The notes: generated by a model not told the origin, from the letters alone. Positions 39,303-52,330 are shown, numbered from the stretch's first letter. The stretch: 64,000 bases of DNA from Tubiluchus corallicola (GCA_030141605.1 JAQGDQ010000863.1:22887-86886); one strand, 5' to 3'. A program made the numbers and translations.

Positions 39303-40058
39303 CTGGTGAAGAATACAGTTGGTCAACCGGTTTCTATTGCTTTGACATCGGCAGGATCCATCACCCGGACTATTGCCGCAGTGACACCAGGTGCCGTTGT
39401 CGTTACCACAACCGTACCGGTGTCGCAGGTTCAAACTATCGTCTCTCAACCGAAGAGCATTGTACCCGTCGAGGTTTCCAAGGGCTCGGCTCCACAGCAA
39501 GTCATAATACAGACTAACAACGGTGCGTCGACTCAGCCGGCTCTACCCGTGGTTCAGGTTCACACTTTGCCGACTGCAAAATCATCGTCCGCGACTGCAA
39601 CCGTGGTGAATAAAGTTTCTCCGCTGGCCATTACGCAGAAAGTTCTGCCGAGCGTGACTCAGACGCCAAAAATAGCTTCCTACGTCATACCTACGGCAAA
39701 GATTACGCCGTCCTCTTCTGGTGCCAAAGTGTTGTCTGCCATCGTACCGAGTTCGACCGCGGCCATACCGGCGGTAAAGGCCATCTCCACGGCAAGCGTG
39801 CCGGTAGTGAAAACCGTTCTGCCGACCACCAGTGCCGGAATTAGAGTAACGACGCAAGCGTTACCTACAGTAAGGATAGCTTCGCCTGTACCGGTGAAGG
39901 TCACACAGTGTTCGCCTACTTCTAGTCCCGCGTCTTCGTCGCCCACTCCCCCGCTGTCACAGAGTCCGGTACCGCTGCACCAAACGGATGTGGGTAAATT
40001 GCCGGCTTCGGGCAAGCCGTCGCCGTATTCAATGAGATTGAGAAATCCGCCTAAGTAA
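39303..40058 (+). CDS. dom: domino long-isoform terminal exon
   Basis: acag|LVKNTVGQ..PYSMRLRNPPK*; S/T/V/P-rich; AATAAA at about 40969. Confidence 0.83.
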   Translation: MVKNTVGQPVSIALTSAGSITRTIAAVTPGAVVVTTTVPVSQVQTIVSQPKSIVPVEVSKGSAPQQVIIQTNNGASTQPALPVVQVHTLPTAKSSSATATVVNKVSPLAITQKVLPSVTQTPKIASYVIPTAKITPSSSGAKVLSAIVPSSTAAIPAVKAISTASVPVVKTVLPTTSAGIRVTTQALPTVRIASPVPVKVTQCSPTSSPASSSPTPPLSQSPVPLHQTDVGKLPASGKPSPYSMRLRNPPK

Positions 40059-41059
40059 ATTTACCATCTTTCCTTGCGCAGGATTTTTTATCATTGTTGT
40101 TAACACATGCTTCTGTAGCAGCGCGGGTTCCTCTGTGAATTTAAATCAGTTGTTAACAATGTTTACAGATCGGTTTTAACCTTTACTGAATTCCGTGGTC
40201 GTGTAGCGTCGTGGGCGTTTTTAGTTTTTCTTCATTAAGCATATCTTCTCGTCCGTAAGCATGTCTTCCTATTCATTGTTGATTATGTGAAAGCTGTGTA
40301 ATCTCTTAATAACGTATGTCACGGATATGCTGATGTATTATCAATATTGCATTTATACTTTAGGTACGTTGTAGGTTTAAAAGAGTTGTCTGCTGTTTTA
40401 GACATCTCGAGATGATAGGACGTTGTAACTTGTGAATCTCCTCGTGTTAGTCTTCTTACGTTTAATGGGGCGTGCGTGTTACAGGACCGCCCAAAACTAC
40501 TGCTAGTCCATTCCTTTTTGTTGTGGATTTAGTCTTGTACCATTGTTCTTTCCGATTTGTAAAACGAAGCTCTTAGTTGACATTTTCACAGCAGTCAAGC
40601 TTCGCTAAGACATTTGGAAGCACGGGCAATATTGGCGCATTTTTCTGGTACCCGCTGCTGCTAATAGTTTTGTTAAATAATAATTGTTAAACGTCAACGA
40701 AATCAGACGCAGTTTCTGGACGTGTTCACTTTGTTACAAAGCGTACGTAAAACACATACGGTAGATTAGCATTTGATTTAAATGCTAATGTTCTACCATG
40801 TTGTGTTATAATCACTATTATATACTTTATAAAATGTTATTTAGTGCTCCTGTTAGCACTTGTAACTCTGTTGAGCTGCAGTTACGTTAGAGCAGAGTTC
40901 TGAAGTTGTTTGGACACACTATCGTTTCGCGATCTTGCAAAATTGTTACTAATATCAATTAATCTGTAAATAAATTTGGTGTAATTACTCTAAATGGTTG
41001 TCGTGTCATAAGAAAATCATAAGCAATAATAATAATTTCATTTAGGCATAGTCCAGGGA

Positions 41060-41200
41060 TAACGCCGTAACTCCATACTGCTTCAATAAACCCGTGTGCT
41101 TGGTCAAACCAGGCTACCATTTTTCAAGTGTTTGGTATGACTGTGTGGGGAGGTGAACCCACGACCTTTCTGGTGGGAAGTGAGCGTGCTACAATTGAGA
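41060..41200 (-). mobile_element. degenerate tRNA-derived SINE remnant
   Basis: B-box-like GTGGGTTCA followed by GTCATACCAAACACTTGAAAAATGG, resembling a metazoan SINE core. Confidence 0.4.
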
Positions 41201-41236
41201 TTAAAATGCAACTCCCTCGTTGTCAGGAGTTTTTTA

Positions 41237-41780
41237 TTAACCCTTTCACTACGGAAGGAGGTAGACTGTCGCCCAAGCTCGGCACTGAGCGCAGTCACCC
41301 AGGTCTGTCTATTTTCGCTGGTATAGCCAGGTAAAACATTGTGGAAAAGTTTAACAGCCGTGGGATTGTGGTTGCTTTCCAACAAGTAATGCTAATGAGC
41401 CAATCAGCATCTGAAGCCAGGTGCATTCCACAATACTGTACTGTATGATATGTTCCTGCGCAAAATCACTTGTAGATCGTTGATGAAACGCAAGTTTAGT
41501 TGATTGTTCTGCGTTCTTATAAAATGATTGAGTATTATGGATTAGTATTGTGTCTTTTGTGAAAACTGGTTTCTAAATATAAGTACATGCTTATTTATGA
41601 GGGTGTTTGCATGTGTGTGTGTGGAAATAAAACTAATATTTAATATTAATACTCAATAACGAACAACTACCTGTATATTTACAAGATTCTGTTTTAGTAA
41701 CACACCACAAGAAGTTATTGTGAAATGAGCAAAAGTCAATGTGGCCCAGTTAAAAAGCAACTACGTAGTGAAAGGGTTAT
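41237..41780. mobile_element. piggyBac-like MITE (inverted copy)
   Basis: Same TIRs; body is the reverse complement of the 21246 copy. Confidence 0.8.
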
Positions 41781-42142
41781 ATTACCCGTATTTCATTCAT
41801 TTCATTGCTTCATAACAGCCAGATCCCAAGACAAAACACGGGTTTCTTCTTTTACACAATTAAGCCAAAACAACTTATCAGCTATAAATAAAAATTTCAG
41901 TTTTCATTCAGTGGTTTGTAGAAGCGTACAAAAGCTACATTAGATAATAACTATAATATATAATGTGGTTACATTTGCCAGTCGAATGGCTCTCCACAGT
42001 CTAACTGATATTTTTTGAGCTATAAACCTAATCAAAAGGGCATGCAAACCATAGTAGAGTTTGGACAGGCAAGTGTTCTAAAACGCATTTATTTGGCCGC
42101 CAAAAAAATTATGACTCTTCTGAAGCACCCACCAGTTTGCAC

Positions 42143-42259
42143 AGGCATGCCTCGGGGTTGCATTCTTGGACCGTTGCTGTTTACAATTTATATGTATTTA
42201 TAAGCAGTCTGCCTAATGCTTGTTCTGAAGTAAACGTACGTATATCTACTGACGACACA
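42143..42259 (+). pseudogene. decayed LINE reverse-transcriptase fragment
   Basis: GMPRGCILGPLLFTIY followed by a frameshifted xTDDT, resembling GVPQGSILGPLLF..YADDT. Confidence 0.65.
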
Positions 42260-43164
42260 AGTTCTATTTTACAGTTCTAAAGCTTCAGAGGACGAAAATA
42301 ATCTCGACATTAATAACATCTAAACGACTGTTGGACTTGAATTTAATGCACGAAGAGCAACTGATTCAAAACAACAGTTTAAATAATAATAATTATTGGA
42401 AACAAATATTTACAACATTTTACACTCAATAAATCAGTTGTTACTGTACAAAAAAAATTTGGTATCATTTTTACACATTTACAAAAATAAGTTACAAACA
42501 AATTTACAGAATTGAGATTTTTTTATACATTTGGCACATTATGAGCCGTAATTAAACACTCGATGGTAGTGCTTATCCAGCATACGGTTATGGCAAGACT
42601 GGAACCGAGCTCACTTATCAACGATGATACTTCAAGACAACACGAGAGGGCACTGGTCAATTTTAGATTCGTATACATGTGCTCTCAAAGCTAGAAATAG
42701 TTAGGGGGAGGGCGGCAGATGAGACCACCCAAAAGTAACTCTGCCTTAGTCACTCCATTAATTTTACGCTTCACGGCAATATAGCAATAAGAATAAGTGT
42801 ACTTTATATACTGGTACATGATAATAGTAAGAAAAATTCAACTAGTTATATTCATATCACAATTATCACTATTCAAATCCGACTAGAGCCATTTTAAGAG
42901 TTCCTTCCTTCCTTCCTAGCTTAGTATTCTTCAGGGATGACTAAGATCAGGTGTCGTCTACAGAAGCGTTTTTGGATCGAAACGTGATCACGACTTTTTC
43001 GATGCGTTTTTCTTTCACTTTAATTTGAACGAACGTAAAGCGGCACCGACGAGGAACACAGAATTGTGCGGGTGAAGATGTTCACTAGTTGCCGAAACTA
43101 CACCTTCCTCTTGCTCGAAATGTGGAATCACTTTTGTCACATGCAGCTTTACTAGCAAAGATTT

Positions 43165-43546
43165 TTCAAATTTTTGTCAAACAGCCTGCAGAAAAAACGT
43201 TCTAGCGGCGCCTGGTGGGACTCTCGGAAGGAGATATATAGCTCTTTAAAAAGAGGAAGAACAGGGCTACACGATGATGTGGGCTATATTTTAGGGCAGG
43301 TCCAGCAAGAGGAGTACCGACGAGTTAATTAGATGTTCTATTTTTGGCAATTCTCGCTTAGAAAACTGCTGACGCAAAGCCATTGTTCATCCATTATACT
43401 CTGTCTATAGCCTTATAGCTTTAATTCAGTAAAAGCTGCTGCTGCTGACTTTGCGTTAGGAAATAAACGAACACTGGGTAGAATGCTCGCGCATTGTTGA
43501 TTATAAGTGTATTTATACGCAAAATTTTTTGCGGGGTCTTTGCTAG
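43165..43546 (+). mobile_element. Helitron-like 3' fragment
   Basis: CGCAAAATTTTTTGCG hairpin then CTAG; reverse complement of about 10847-11240. Confidence 0.65.
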
Positions 43547-43630
43547 CAGTTCTTTTCTACTCGTCATTCGGCTAAGGAGAGTGAAAATGACACACTTTTG
43601 CACACACACGACATGAGCATGCAGTTAACC

Positions 43631-44745
43631 TCAGCTATTAAGCCACTCCGTAAGACTGTCGCCTCGTTCAGTCTTGTAACGGCCGGTCCGTCTTCGGTTC
43701 TTAAGACGCTTGAGGTTCTTAAGACCTCTTGCTTGCCTTTGGACTCTAAGGCGACGGAGGTTCTCTCTAAAATGAGCCGTAAGATTATAATTTGAAATTT
43801 GCTGACTGCGCCACTCCTTCATCACCGTGCTGCGAGATTTGATCAAAATCACTCTGAACATGCTAATCAAATAGACCAACGAGAAACAGGTGAAGATCAG
43901 GAAAAACACCGGAACAAAAAACAGGCTAATTCCTGCCACTTGTATTGAGCTGGCTCTCAAGACTAAACTCAACATGGTTTCCGCAGCTAAGAGAAAGTTA
44001 CTAAATTCCTTGCAGGTAGCTCCTAACACTAACATGCCAAATAGTGCAAATGGTATCATACTGAATAATAACACAACGGATGATGCAATTAACGATCTCA
44101 GCGATAAGGATAAAGTTAAAAGCACAGTGGCCGTAGATCTATTTAATAGCAGCATGTCCCACAATTTCACGGTTACAAGAAAAACAAGAATCGACAGCGT
44201 ACAGGTGAGACAAAAATCCCAGAATGCAGCTTCGTAGAAATTCACAAACTGTTCGTTCTTGTCCTCTGAATATCTTGCCAAAAGTTCGTCAACAATCCAC
44301 TTTTTCTTGACGAAAAAAGCAATGGCTGCAAAAGACAGGCCCAGGAGACCCAGTTCTGCCAAGTTGGAAAAGTAACGGAAATACCTGAGTCGCCTGAGAT
44401 AAATTCTCTTAATTTCTCTAAAACAGAAGCCAGCAAGAATCACTACATAAAACAACTCACAAGTAATCAGCGTTATTTCTACCGACCTCAAATACTTGAT
44501 GAGGTTTAATGTAAATATGTTATAGAATGGAAAAAGTCTTCCCATTGCACTGAATTCTATCATCAGTATGACGATACTGAACAAGTTGGTGTTAGAACTG
44601 AAAAGTGTCAATTCAATCATTAGTACGCGAGTGCGATCGTCTATCCAGCGGGAATTGTTTAAAGTGTTGATCATGGCTTCATTGATTGTATGATTACGAG
44701 TCAGATCCACAACGTAGCCTCCGCCGTCGTACATGGCAAATCTAC
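43631..44745 (-). CDS. PKD1L terminal exon (polycystin cation-channel domain)
   Basis: GRFAMYDGGGYVVDL..WIDDRTR.., several TM helices, stop at 43631. Confidence 0.92.
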
Positions 44746-45353
44746 CTGGATGAATAAAAACAAAATCTGCGTGTAGAAAAGGATCCGGAAAACATTTGCT
44801 TATGCGAAGTTTATTATAATTTTTTGTTTTGTTAGCAAAATCTCAAGTCATAGCCAATTTTCAAGTACAAGAGTCAAGATACATGCAAAGATGAATTGTA
44901 ATACTGCACCAATAAGAGCAAATATTAGTTTGTTCCCACCACTGTGTCCTACAAAATGACAAACTAAACTACATTAAACTCATTTGAAAAACCAGTAATT
45001 AGTTAACATTCAGGGTACAGTAAACCAAAAGTAAAACATCTTCAACATAGATAATTGCTCTGGTAACCGTTACAGTATACTTACGTGGTTGCAGACTATC
45101 TACGCTATATCCATGTTTACTGATGAAAGAATTAGATAAGATTAAAGGACAAGACAACACTTCGCGAATCAAAAAAATTTGTGTATAAATTTTTCATCAC
45201 TTACATGCTGTCGTCTCAATGCATGTAGAGCTTGCATTAGCAGTAATGCTTGTATAACTTTCAAATTTAAACTCCCACGACGATCGTTTGACGGCAAGTT
45301 GTTTGAAACGCGTTGAGATAAAATTTGCATAAATTTGAAAATGCTCCACTCAC

Positions 45354-45536
45354 CCATAAAAGGCAAAGTACGGAGTTCCAATGCCGACTGATACGTCCAC
45401 TGGTCAGGAGGAAAATGCGGAAAACTTCGAAGACGCCAGTCCGACTCGTAGGAACGAGAATCTTTAAACAACCAGTGATAACGACCAACGCAAGAACGTC
45501 CAAATGGCCACATCAAGGCCGGTATAGAACACGAAT
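45354..45536 (-). CDS. PKD1L exon
   Basis: DSCSIP..DQWTYQSALELRTLPFMG. Confidence 0.87.
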
Positions 45537-46163
45537 CTGTCAAAGGACGAGCTCATTTGAAAAAAAATCATCTTTCACAAAAATTTGAATTTTTCGTACT
45601 AGTTCAAGCATTATTTAAGATTTATTTAAACACGGTAACACCCACAGCAAAAGCAAAAGGAATACTACAGTCAAACCTCGTTATAAGCCCCCCACCCCCC
45701 GAAAGCATTACTGGTAGCTGAGAAACAGGTGCAATCATCACATTAATGAATTCATGAAACAATTACTCCTTTGTTCAATAATTTCTTGAATAGTAAGTTA
45801 AAATTAATAAATGCAAACGATAATGATGTTTAACATTATAACATCCAAGATTATGTTCTTCGTGGAGTCACGATATGATGCAGGGTTCTGGAAAGGGGTC
45901 GCAATTAACAGAAGTTTTGGGAAGCACTGGGGTAGATTATTTAAAAATTAAGAAGGAATCGATTTTGATCTACAGTAATACGCTTACTTTGTCCGGAATT
46001 TTGCAAAAGGAACGAGGTGAAAATATCAGCGGTACATCTTAGAAAGTGAAATCACAAAATGAAAGTGAAAACGAAGCATAACTAACGTATGAAAATGTTT
46101 AAGGTCATAGCGATGAAGAAATGAATTTATTACATAATAATAGAAATTTACTGCTAATCGTAC

Positions 46164-46329
46164 CGGGTTTTAATCGTAGCTGGCGTAGTCTGACCACTCC
46201 GACCAATCGAGTGACCGCATCGGCTCCATAACCGGGTAGCCCCGGGCCGCCGTTATACAATGAATCAGTCGACAAGCTTTTGAAGAGTGTGCTATGAATA
46301 TAATCCCACATACTCTTTACATCTTTTAT
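46164..46329 (-). CDS. PKD1L exon (TOP/polycystin domain)
   Basis: MWDYIHSTLF..RLVGVVRLRQLRLKP. Confidence 0.88.
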
Positions 46330-46835
46330 CTAAAAAGCAATGCAGTTCTATAGACTAACAATGATCGTAGACTACGACAGAAGCATCTTGCATAAACTCA
46401 GCCTTATACTAGTCCAATCACATGGCAGATGCCATTAGATCAGCTAATAATTATTGAAAATCAATTTTTGGAAAAGTTTTGCACGAAATTTTGATGGGTT
46501 CGTGTCAAAAGACAGATTCTGTGTAAAATCCTAGACATTGCGGAATTACACTTGTGACACAACCTCCGTAGAATAAGTTTTAAAACCACAAAACCTTGGG
46601 CAAGGGGTTATAAAATTAAATTTTTAACATCTTTTGCACATTTTCTTGACAATTTGGTGCTAGAATATAAAGTCCAAAATATTTCGTGTTTGTTTGTAAA
46701 AAAAATAATAAAAAAATTGACATTTGACCAAATTTTTGATGCATTCTACTTTGAAGCATCATAATGTAGTTCTAGCTGCACCGACTTACGGACGGCTTTG
46801 GTTTGCAAGCACACAAATCTAGAAATGTTTCTTAC

Positions 46836-46911
46836 ATCAGTAAACTTGGTTTTTCCACGATACACTGCATTGATTACAAGATCCTCAACTGTTTGCGTTA
46901 CTCTAAATGAC
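46836..46911 (-). CDS. PKD1L exon
   Basis: SFRVTQTVEDLV..FTD|gtaaga; phase 2/0. Confidence 0.75.
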
Positions 46912-47511
46912 CTGCAAGACAGAATAAGTATGAATAATTGCAACTACAACAAGACGGTGTGTCAAAAACCATAATAGTCAAATTCTGATGAACAGCATCC
47001 AGAGCTGGATGACACGGAACAGATTCATTATGTTGGTGGTCGTGGAACGACAAAAATCTCAATAATTATTAAGGAAGATTAAATCACATTATACATTAAC
47101 CGGGCAGAAATGTCTTAGCCATGCTTATATAGATGTATATCCTTCTTCATCAAAGGAAACAGTCAAGCTAGTAAGGCAGATGCACACAAGATGTTTTCCA
47201 GATGGTCACTCATCTGTTTGCTAACTGGATTTGGCACTGTTTTTCTTAGCAACTCCAGTTGCTAAGCACGTAGTGTGTTGACTCTGTTTTATTCCTGCCC
47301 CACCATTCGGCACTTAGCGGGTTATTGTCAAGCAAAATCCTCTAAAGTGAAACACTGAACCAATGGCAGTGACTTAGCTCCATGTTCAGATAAATGTAAA
47401 TTCTCCTGGACGCCCTCGAAGTACAATAACAGATGCATTGCCGAGAGTATTCCTATCATTTATCCATTCAATGCTTAGTAATAGTATTCAGTTAGTGACC
47501 ATGTTTGGCAC

Positions 47512-48016
47512 TATAGTCAACGTCGGATATAAGATACTCGTTTATAAGGGACGCTCTCTTATAAGAGACCATCAACACCAGTCCCAATTTTTCCTAATGT
47601 TTTTCCTATGTAAAAATCTTCGTATATAAGGTACTCTAATATAATGCACTTTCGCTTATAAAGGACAATATCTTCAGATCTCGCGTATTAGAAACCCAGG
47701 TAAATTACCTCGCATATAAGGGACCCTGTGATCAAAGCGAAATTGATCGATTTTTAACCTCAACTTTTTGCAAACTCCGCCTTCGAACAGCTCGGTTTCT
47801 GCAGACATATACATCTCGCATCACTGAAGGAGCTTCCTACATAGCGTTTGCACTGAATGTGTAGCAATAATCCATAAAAATATGGGTAAAAGTACAGAAA
47901 AGTACAAGTCTAGATACACCCTCGGTCTGACTCTACTTCGGCTGTAAGGGACATCGGATATAAGGGACAATTTTTTCCGGTCCGGAGGAGTCCCTTGATA
48001 TCCGAGGTTGACTGTA
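47512..48016. mobile_element. Tc1/pogo-like MITE, second copy
   Basis: Body matches 19833-20285. Confidence 0.75.
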
Positions 48017-48411
48017 TTTAACCATTCGGCTATTCTTTTTGCCTCAAAAAGAAAAAGACGCCACAGCTTCATTCCTGTTTCATTTCTGTTGGATTCCACA
48101 ACTCAATTGTCACAAAGCAACATTTGTCGTGAAGCTCACGATTTCTTGATCTTACTTTTATTAATTATTAGTTCTTAATTATGATCTTTAGTCATATTAT
48201 TACATTGTCTTGTTAAAACATTAAAAATCCCACACAAGAAATTTCAGCTGTAAACTAAGTCTATTTCTTTATGTACAGTCTAAACTTTCATCCTTGAACT
48301 AGTATGCATAACATTTACCTTCATTGAATTGCTGGCTTCCTTGCTTCATGGAAAAAACTTACCTGGGCAGTTGGCTTTCAGAGATCACTGACTAAGCAAG
48401 TGACTTAAACT

Positions 48412-49066
48412 GAGAGAGCAATGTAAAGTGTTATTAATGATTTATAAAAATAAAGCTCACCTGTATTCTACTTGAATTCTACCTGTATTCTAGTGTCTTA
48501 GCAATTACCTTCAGAACTTCTTCATAGAGAGAGAGAGAGAGAGAGGGAGAGGGAGAGGGAGAGGGAGAGGGCGAGGGCGAGAGAGAGGGAGGTAGGGAGG
48601 GAGCAATGTATAGTGTTATTAATGATTTATATAAATAAAGCTCACCTGTATTTTACTTGAATTCTACCTGTATTCTAGTGTCTTAGCAATTACCTTCAGA
48701 ACTTCTTCATAGAGAGAGAGAGAGAGAGGGAGAGGGAGAGGGAGAGGGCGAGGGCGAGAGAGAGGGAGGTAGGGAGGGAGCAATGTATAGTGTTATTAAT
48801 GATTTATATAAATAAAGCTCACCTGTATTCTACTTGAATTCTACCTGTATTCTAGTGTCTTAGCAATTACCTGCAGAACTTCTTCATAGAGAGAGAGAGA
48901 GAGAGGGAGAGGGAGAGGGAGAGGGCGAGGGCGAGAGAGGGGGAGGTAGGGAGGGAGCAATGTATAGTGTTATTAATGATTTATATAAATAAAGCTCACC
49001 TGTATTCTACTTGAATTCTACCTGTATTCTAGTGTCTTAGCAATTACCTGCAGAACTTCTTCATAA
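48412..49066. repeat. about 180-bp tandem repeat (about 3.6 copies) with GA-rich tract
   Basis: Direct observation. Confidence 0.93.
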
Positions 49067-49081
49067 CATTCATAAACAAAC

Positions 49082-49252
49082 CTGGCGTCTCGGAAATTAT
49101 AGACGATGCTAGACAGGAGGATGGTGAAGCAGAAGAGGATGGACACCTCTTTTGAAATGTGATTCAAGTTACGCCTCCTGATGCGCTCTTTTCTCTGTTT
49201 TGCGATCTCCGCCTCCTCCGGTGGTTTGTACGATTGTCGCTGCTGCAGATTC
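49082..49252 (-). CDS. PKD1L exon
   Basis: YKPPEEAEIAKQRKERIRRR..EVSILFCFTILLSSIVYNFRD. Confidence 0.87.
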
Positions 49253-49385
49253 CTAGGAAGTTAAACTTTTTGTGACTCCGTGATGAAAAGAGACGTCTTA
49301 AAAAGACACAACTTGAGAAGAAAGGTAAAAACATTGTGCATAAAGTTTTGCCAATCTTGGTTTTACAAATTCTGGGAAAATTTCT

Positions 49386-50065
49386 TTAAACGACAGGAAA
49401 AGGGGTACCTGAAAAATTGCCTTAGAAAATTATATTACTTTATAGCAATATTATCCGTATATCGCACTCGTGTTGAAAGGATTTTTTTGTTTGTTTTCAC
49501 TTTAAATCTCCCGCAATACTCTTCCAAAGTCGCCATTACATGACGTCATATACGCACAATGTAAATCAGGGAAGAAAAGGAAATGTTAAATTAAGATCCA
49601 AAAAACTTTTCAAGCAAATCTATATTGCCTAGCATTTCGCTTACCTGCTGGAAAGATTTATGTAACTAGAAAAGAAAATTATTAATTATTTAAAACGTTT
49701 TCACCAATTGGTAAAAAGTCGCTGACTCACCCACCAGGGTGCACCACTCACTAACCAAAAACGTATTTTTTATCTTATTGACAAGATACAGTAATTAAAA
49801 TTTTATTTAGTTAGTGACGTGTATGCTACGAATGCTCTGATTATTTTTTCAAACTTTACAAAATGTTACCTAAACTTGTTTCAAATGTCCTGTCGTGAAA
49901 ATGGCTGCATCTAACGGTCATCGCGGGAGTTTAAATTTACATGTTTTATACAGCGTGACTGCCGATTGAAGTCCTGTACGCAAAAAGCCAGCATGTAAGT
50001 GATATAAAATTTCGAGACGAATTTTTTTAAACTTTATGTAAGTGGAGAGTTTTCTTGTGCTTTAA
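49386..50065. mobile_element. TTAA-flanked non-autonomous DNA element (Kolobok-like); copies at 19038-19673, about 22670-23108, about 8492-9165 (inverted)
   Basis: Four homologous segments of about 450-680 bp with imperfect TIR TTAAAnnACAAGAAAA. Confidence 0.6.
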
Positions 50066-50186
50066 TTAAACTTGGACTTTTTGCCAACTACTAATGAACA
50101 GCAATAAAGATATTTCAGCAATTTTTGCCATATTTCTGGTATGAAACACGCTAAAAGCACAGTTAATAATACCTGCAAATACTAAC

Positions 50187-51146
50187 CTTTGCAGCTCATA
50201 AGTGCTAGGCTCCTGCAAGTATGTTTCATCGTGTTCAAGTGGTACATCATCGTGAACATTTGTCTTATCTATCTCATCCGGAGTTTTAAACAGCATTGCC
50301 ACAACAGCAGCAAGAAACAAAACCTTCAACGGCTGAGTAACAAAAATACTTTGAAAGATTGAAGTCAGTATTGAAAACAACCAATCCATGCTCTTCTGGT
50401 AACCGTATTTCAACCCGTAAAGCATGATGAAATACGATGACACTACGCACAGTGATATTACCAGCACCCAGGCAAGCTTGACACAGTGAACCTTGATACG
50501 CATCCTTAAAGACTCGGGGAATATATTGTTAAAAAAGATGAAAAATAACCGGATCAACCGTGAACAACGTCTTTCTTTTTCGTACTCTTGCTTCTGAGTG
50601 ACATCTTCACCAAACAGGAAACGCAAGTCTGCGTCTGAGTGACGCTGTGATCTGTCAGCATCCCTCAAAGATTCCGGATAGATTCCCACACTTTTAAGAT
50701 CTTCACCTGCAGAAGGTTCCCGGAAAACCGAAGGACTGGATGTTACGGACTTGTCGGTCTTTTTTGGAATACCAAAAAGTGAGGCAAGAGATACCTTTGA
50801 TTCATCCTCGTCGAGACGGTCAACTGAGGTGGCGTCACCAAAAAGAGATTCCAGTCCTATTATCAACTCCCCCTCTTCTTCTATGTCGTAAAGATAATCA
50901 AAAGAGAAGACGCTGGGAATTTCTTCATCAGTTTCTCTATAGGAACGACCTTTGGGCGGAGAAAGCGGATCAAACTGTCGTGCCATATTCTGCAATGTGG
51001 TTTTTACATTTTCCAAGTTTTCCTTTATCACCCCGACATCGGAGCTGCTCGAGATTTCGCCGCAGACACTCTGCACCTCAAACTCGTGCAAAACATCTTC
51101 CTCTGCGATTTGCGTAGAAAGACGTGAACCGTTTCTTCCATGACGC
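50187..51146 (-). CDS. PKD1L large exon (acidic loop + TM helices)
   Basis: ORF 50066-51184 trimmed to AG/GT; LAWVLVISL..YFIMLYG..SIFQSIFVTQPLKV; phase 2/2. Confidence 0.88.
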
Positions 51147-51433
51147 CTGCAACACGCAACGTTTGAATAAAGCAGATTTGTCACAACTAACGTATGAAAA
51201 ACATTCTATTAGGCAGGAGCGGATTAAGACCCCAAGAGGCCCTCGCTGAAAAGATTATGGTACCTGTGCAATTAACAATAAAAGCAAAACTAAACTGTAA
51301 AATCAAATTTTATGTTTCAAAATGAAAGAGAAACTTGCAGTAAGATTTATTTACAGTAGTCAGGGAATCATCATCACCATCATTTGATAAAATACATGCA
51401 GTGAAAACTCTAAAGCAACATTATCCTCTTTTC

Positions 51434-52107
51434 AGCATCACCACACTATTACAAGCATCACCACACTATTACAAGCATTATCACACTATTACAAGCATTA
51501 CCACACTATTACAAGCATTACCACACTATTACCAGCATCACCACACTATTACAAGCATTATCACACTATTACAAGCATTACCACACTATTACAAGCATCT
51601 CCACACCATTACACGCATTACCACACTATTACAAGCATCACCACACTATTACAAGCATTACCACACTATTACAAGCATTATCACACTATTACAAGCATTA
51701 CCACACTATTACAAGCATCTCCACACCATTACACGCATTACCACACTATTACAAGCATCACCACACTATTACAAGCATCACCACACTATTACAAGCATTA
51801 TCACACTATTACAAGCATTACCACACTATTACAAGCATCTCCACACCATTACATGCATTACCACACTATTACAAGCATCACCACACTATTACAAGCATTA
51901 CCACACTATTACCAGCATTACCACACTATTACAAGCATTACCACACTATTACAAGCATTACCACACTATTACCAGCATTACCACACTATTACAAGCATTA
52001 CCACACTATTACAAGCATTACCACACTATTACAAGCATTACCACACTATTACCAGCATTACCACACTATTACAAGCATTACCACACTATTACAAGCATCG
52101 CCACACT
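51434..52107. repeat. 20-bp minisatellite CCACACTATTACAAGCATTA
   Basis: Direct tandem copies. Confidence 0.96.
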
Positions 52108-52133
52108 TTCATAAGAATTGCCACACTTGAAAT

Positions 52134-52330
52134 GTTGTTGTTGTTGGCATCCTTCCGTCTCGAAAAACAATGGAGTGTGCGTTCCTCCGCCTAGTGTCGA
52201 GATACAGTGTGGGCATCCCGCAAGCCTACAGCTCCTAGCATTCCTAGGCGGTCACCCATCCAAGTACTAACCAGGCTCTACGTTGCTTAACTTCGGTGAT
52301 CAGACGAGAAGCGGTGTTTTCAACGTGATA
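52134..52330 (-). mobile_element. 5S-derived SINE, internally deleted copy
   Basis: Head joined almost directly to tail; TSD ACACTTGAAATG on both sides. Confidence 0.85.
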
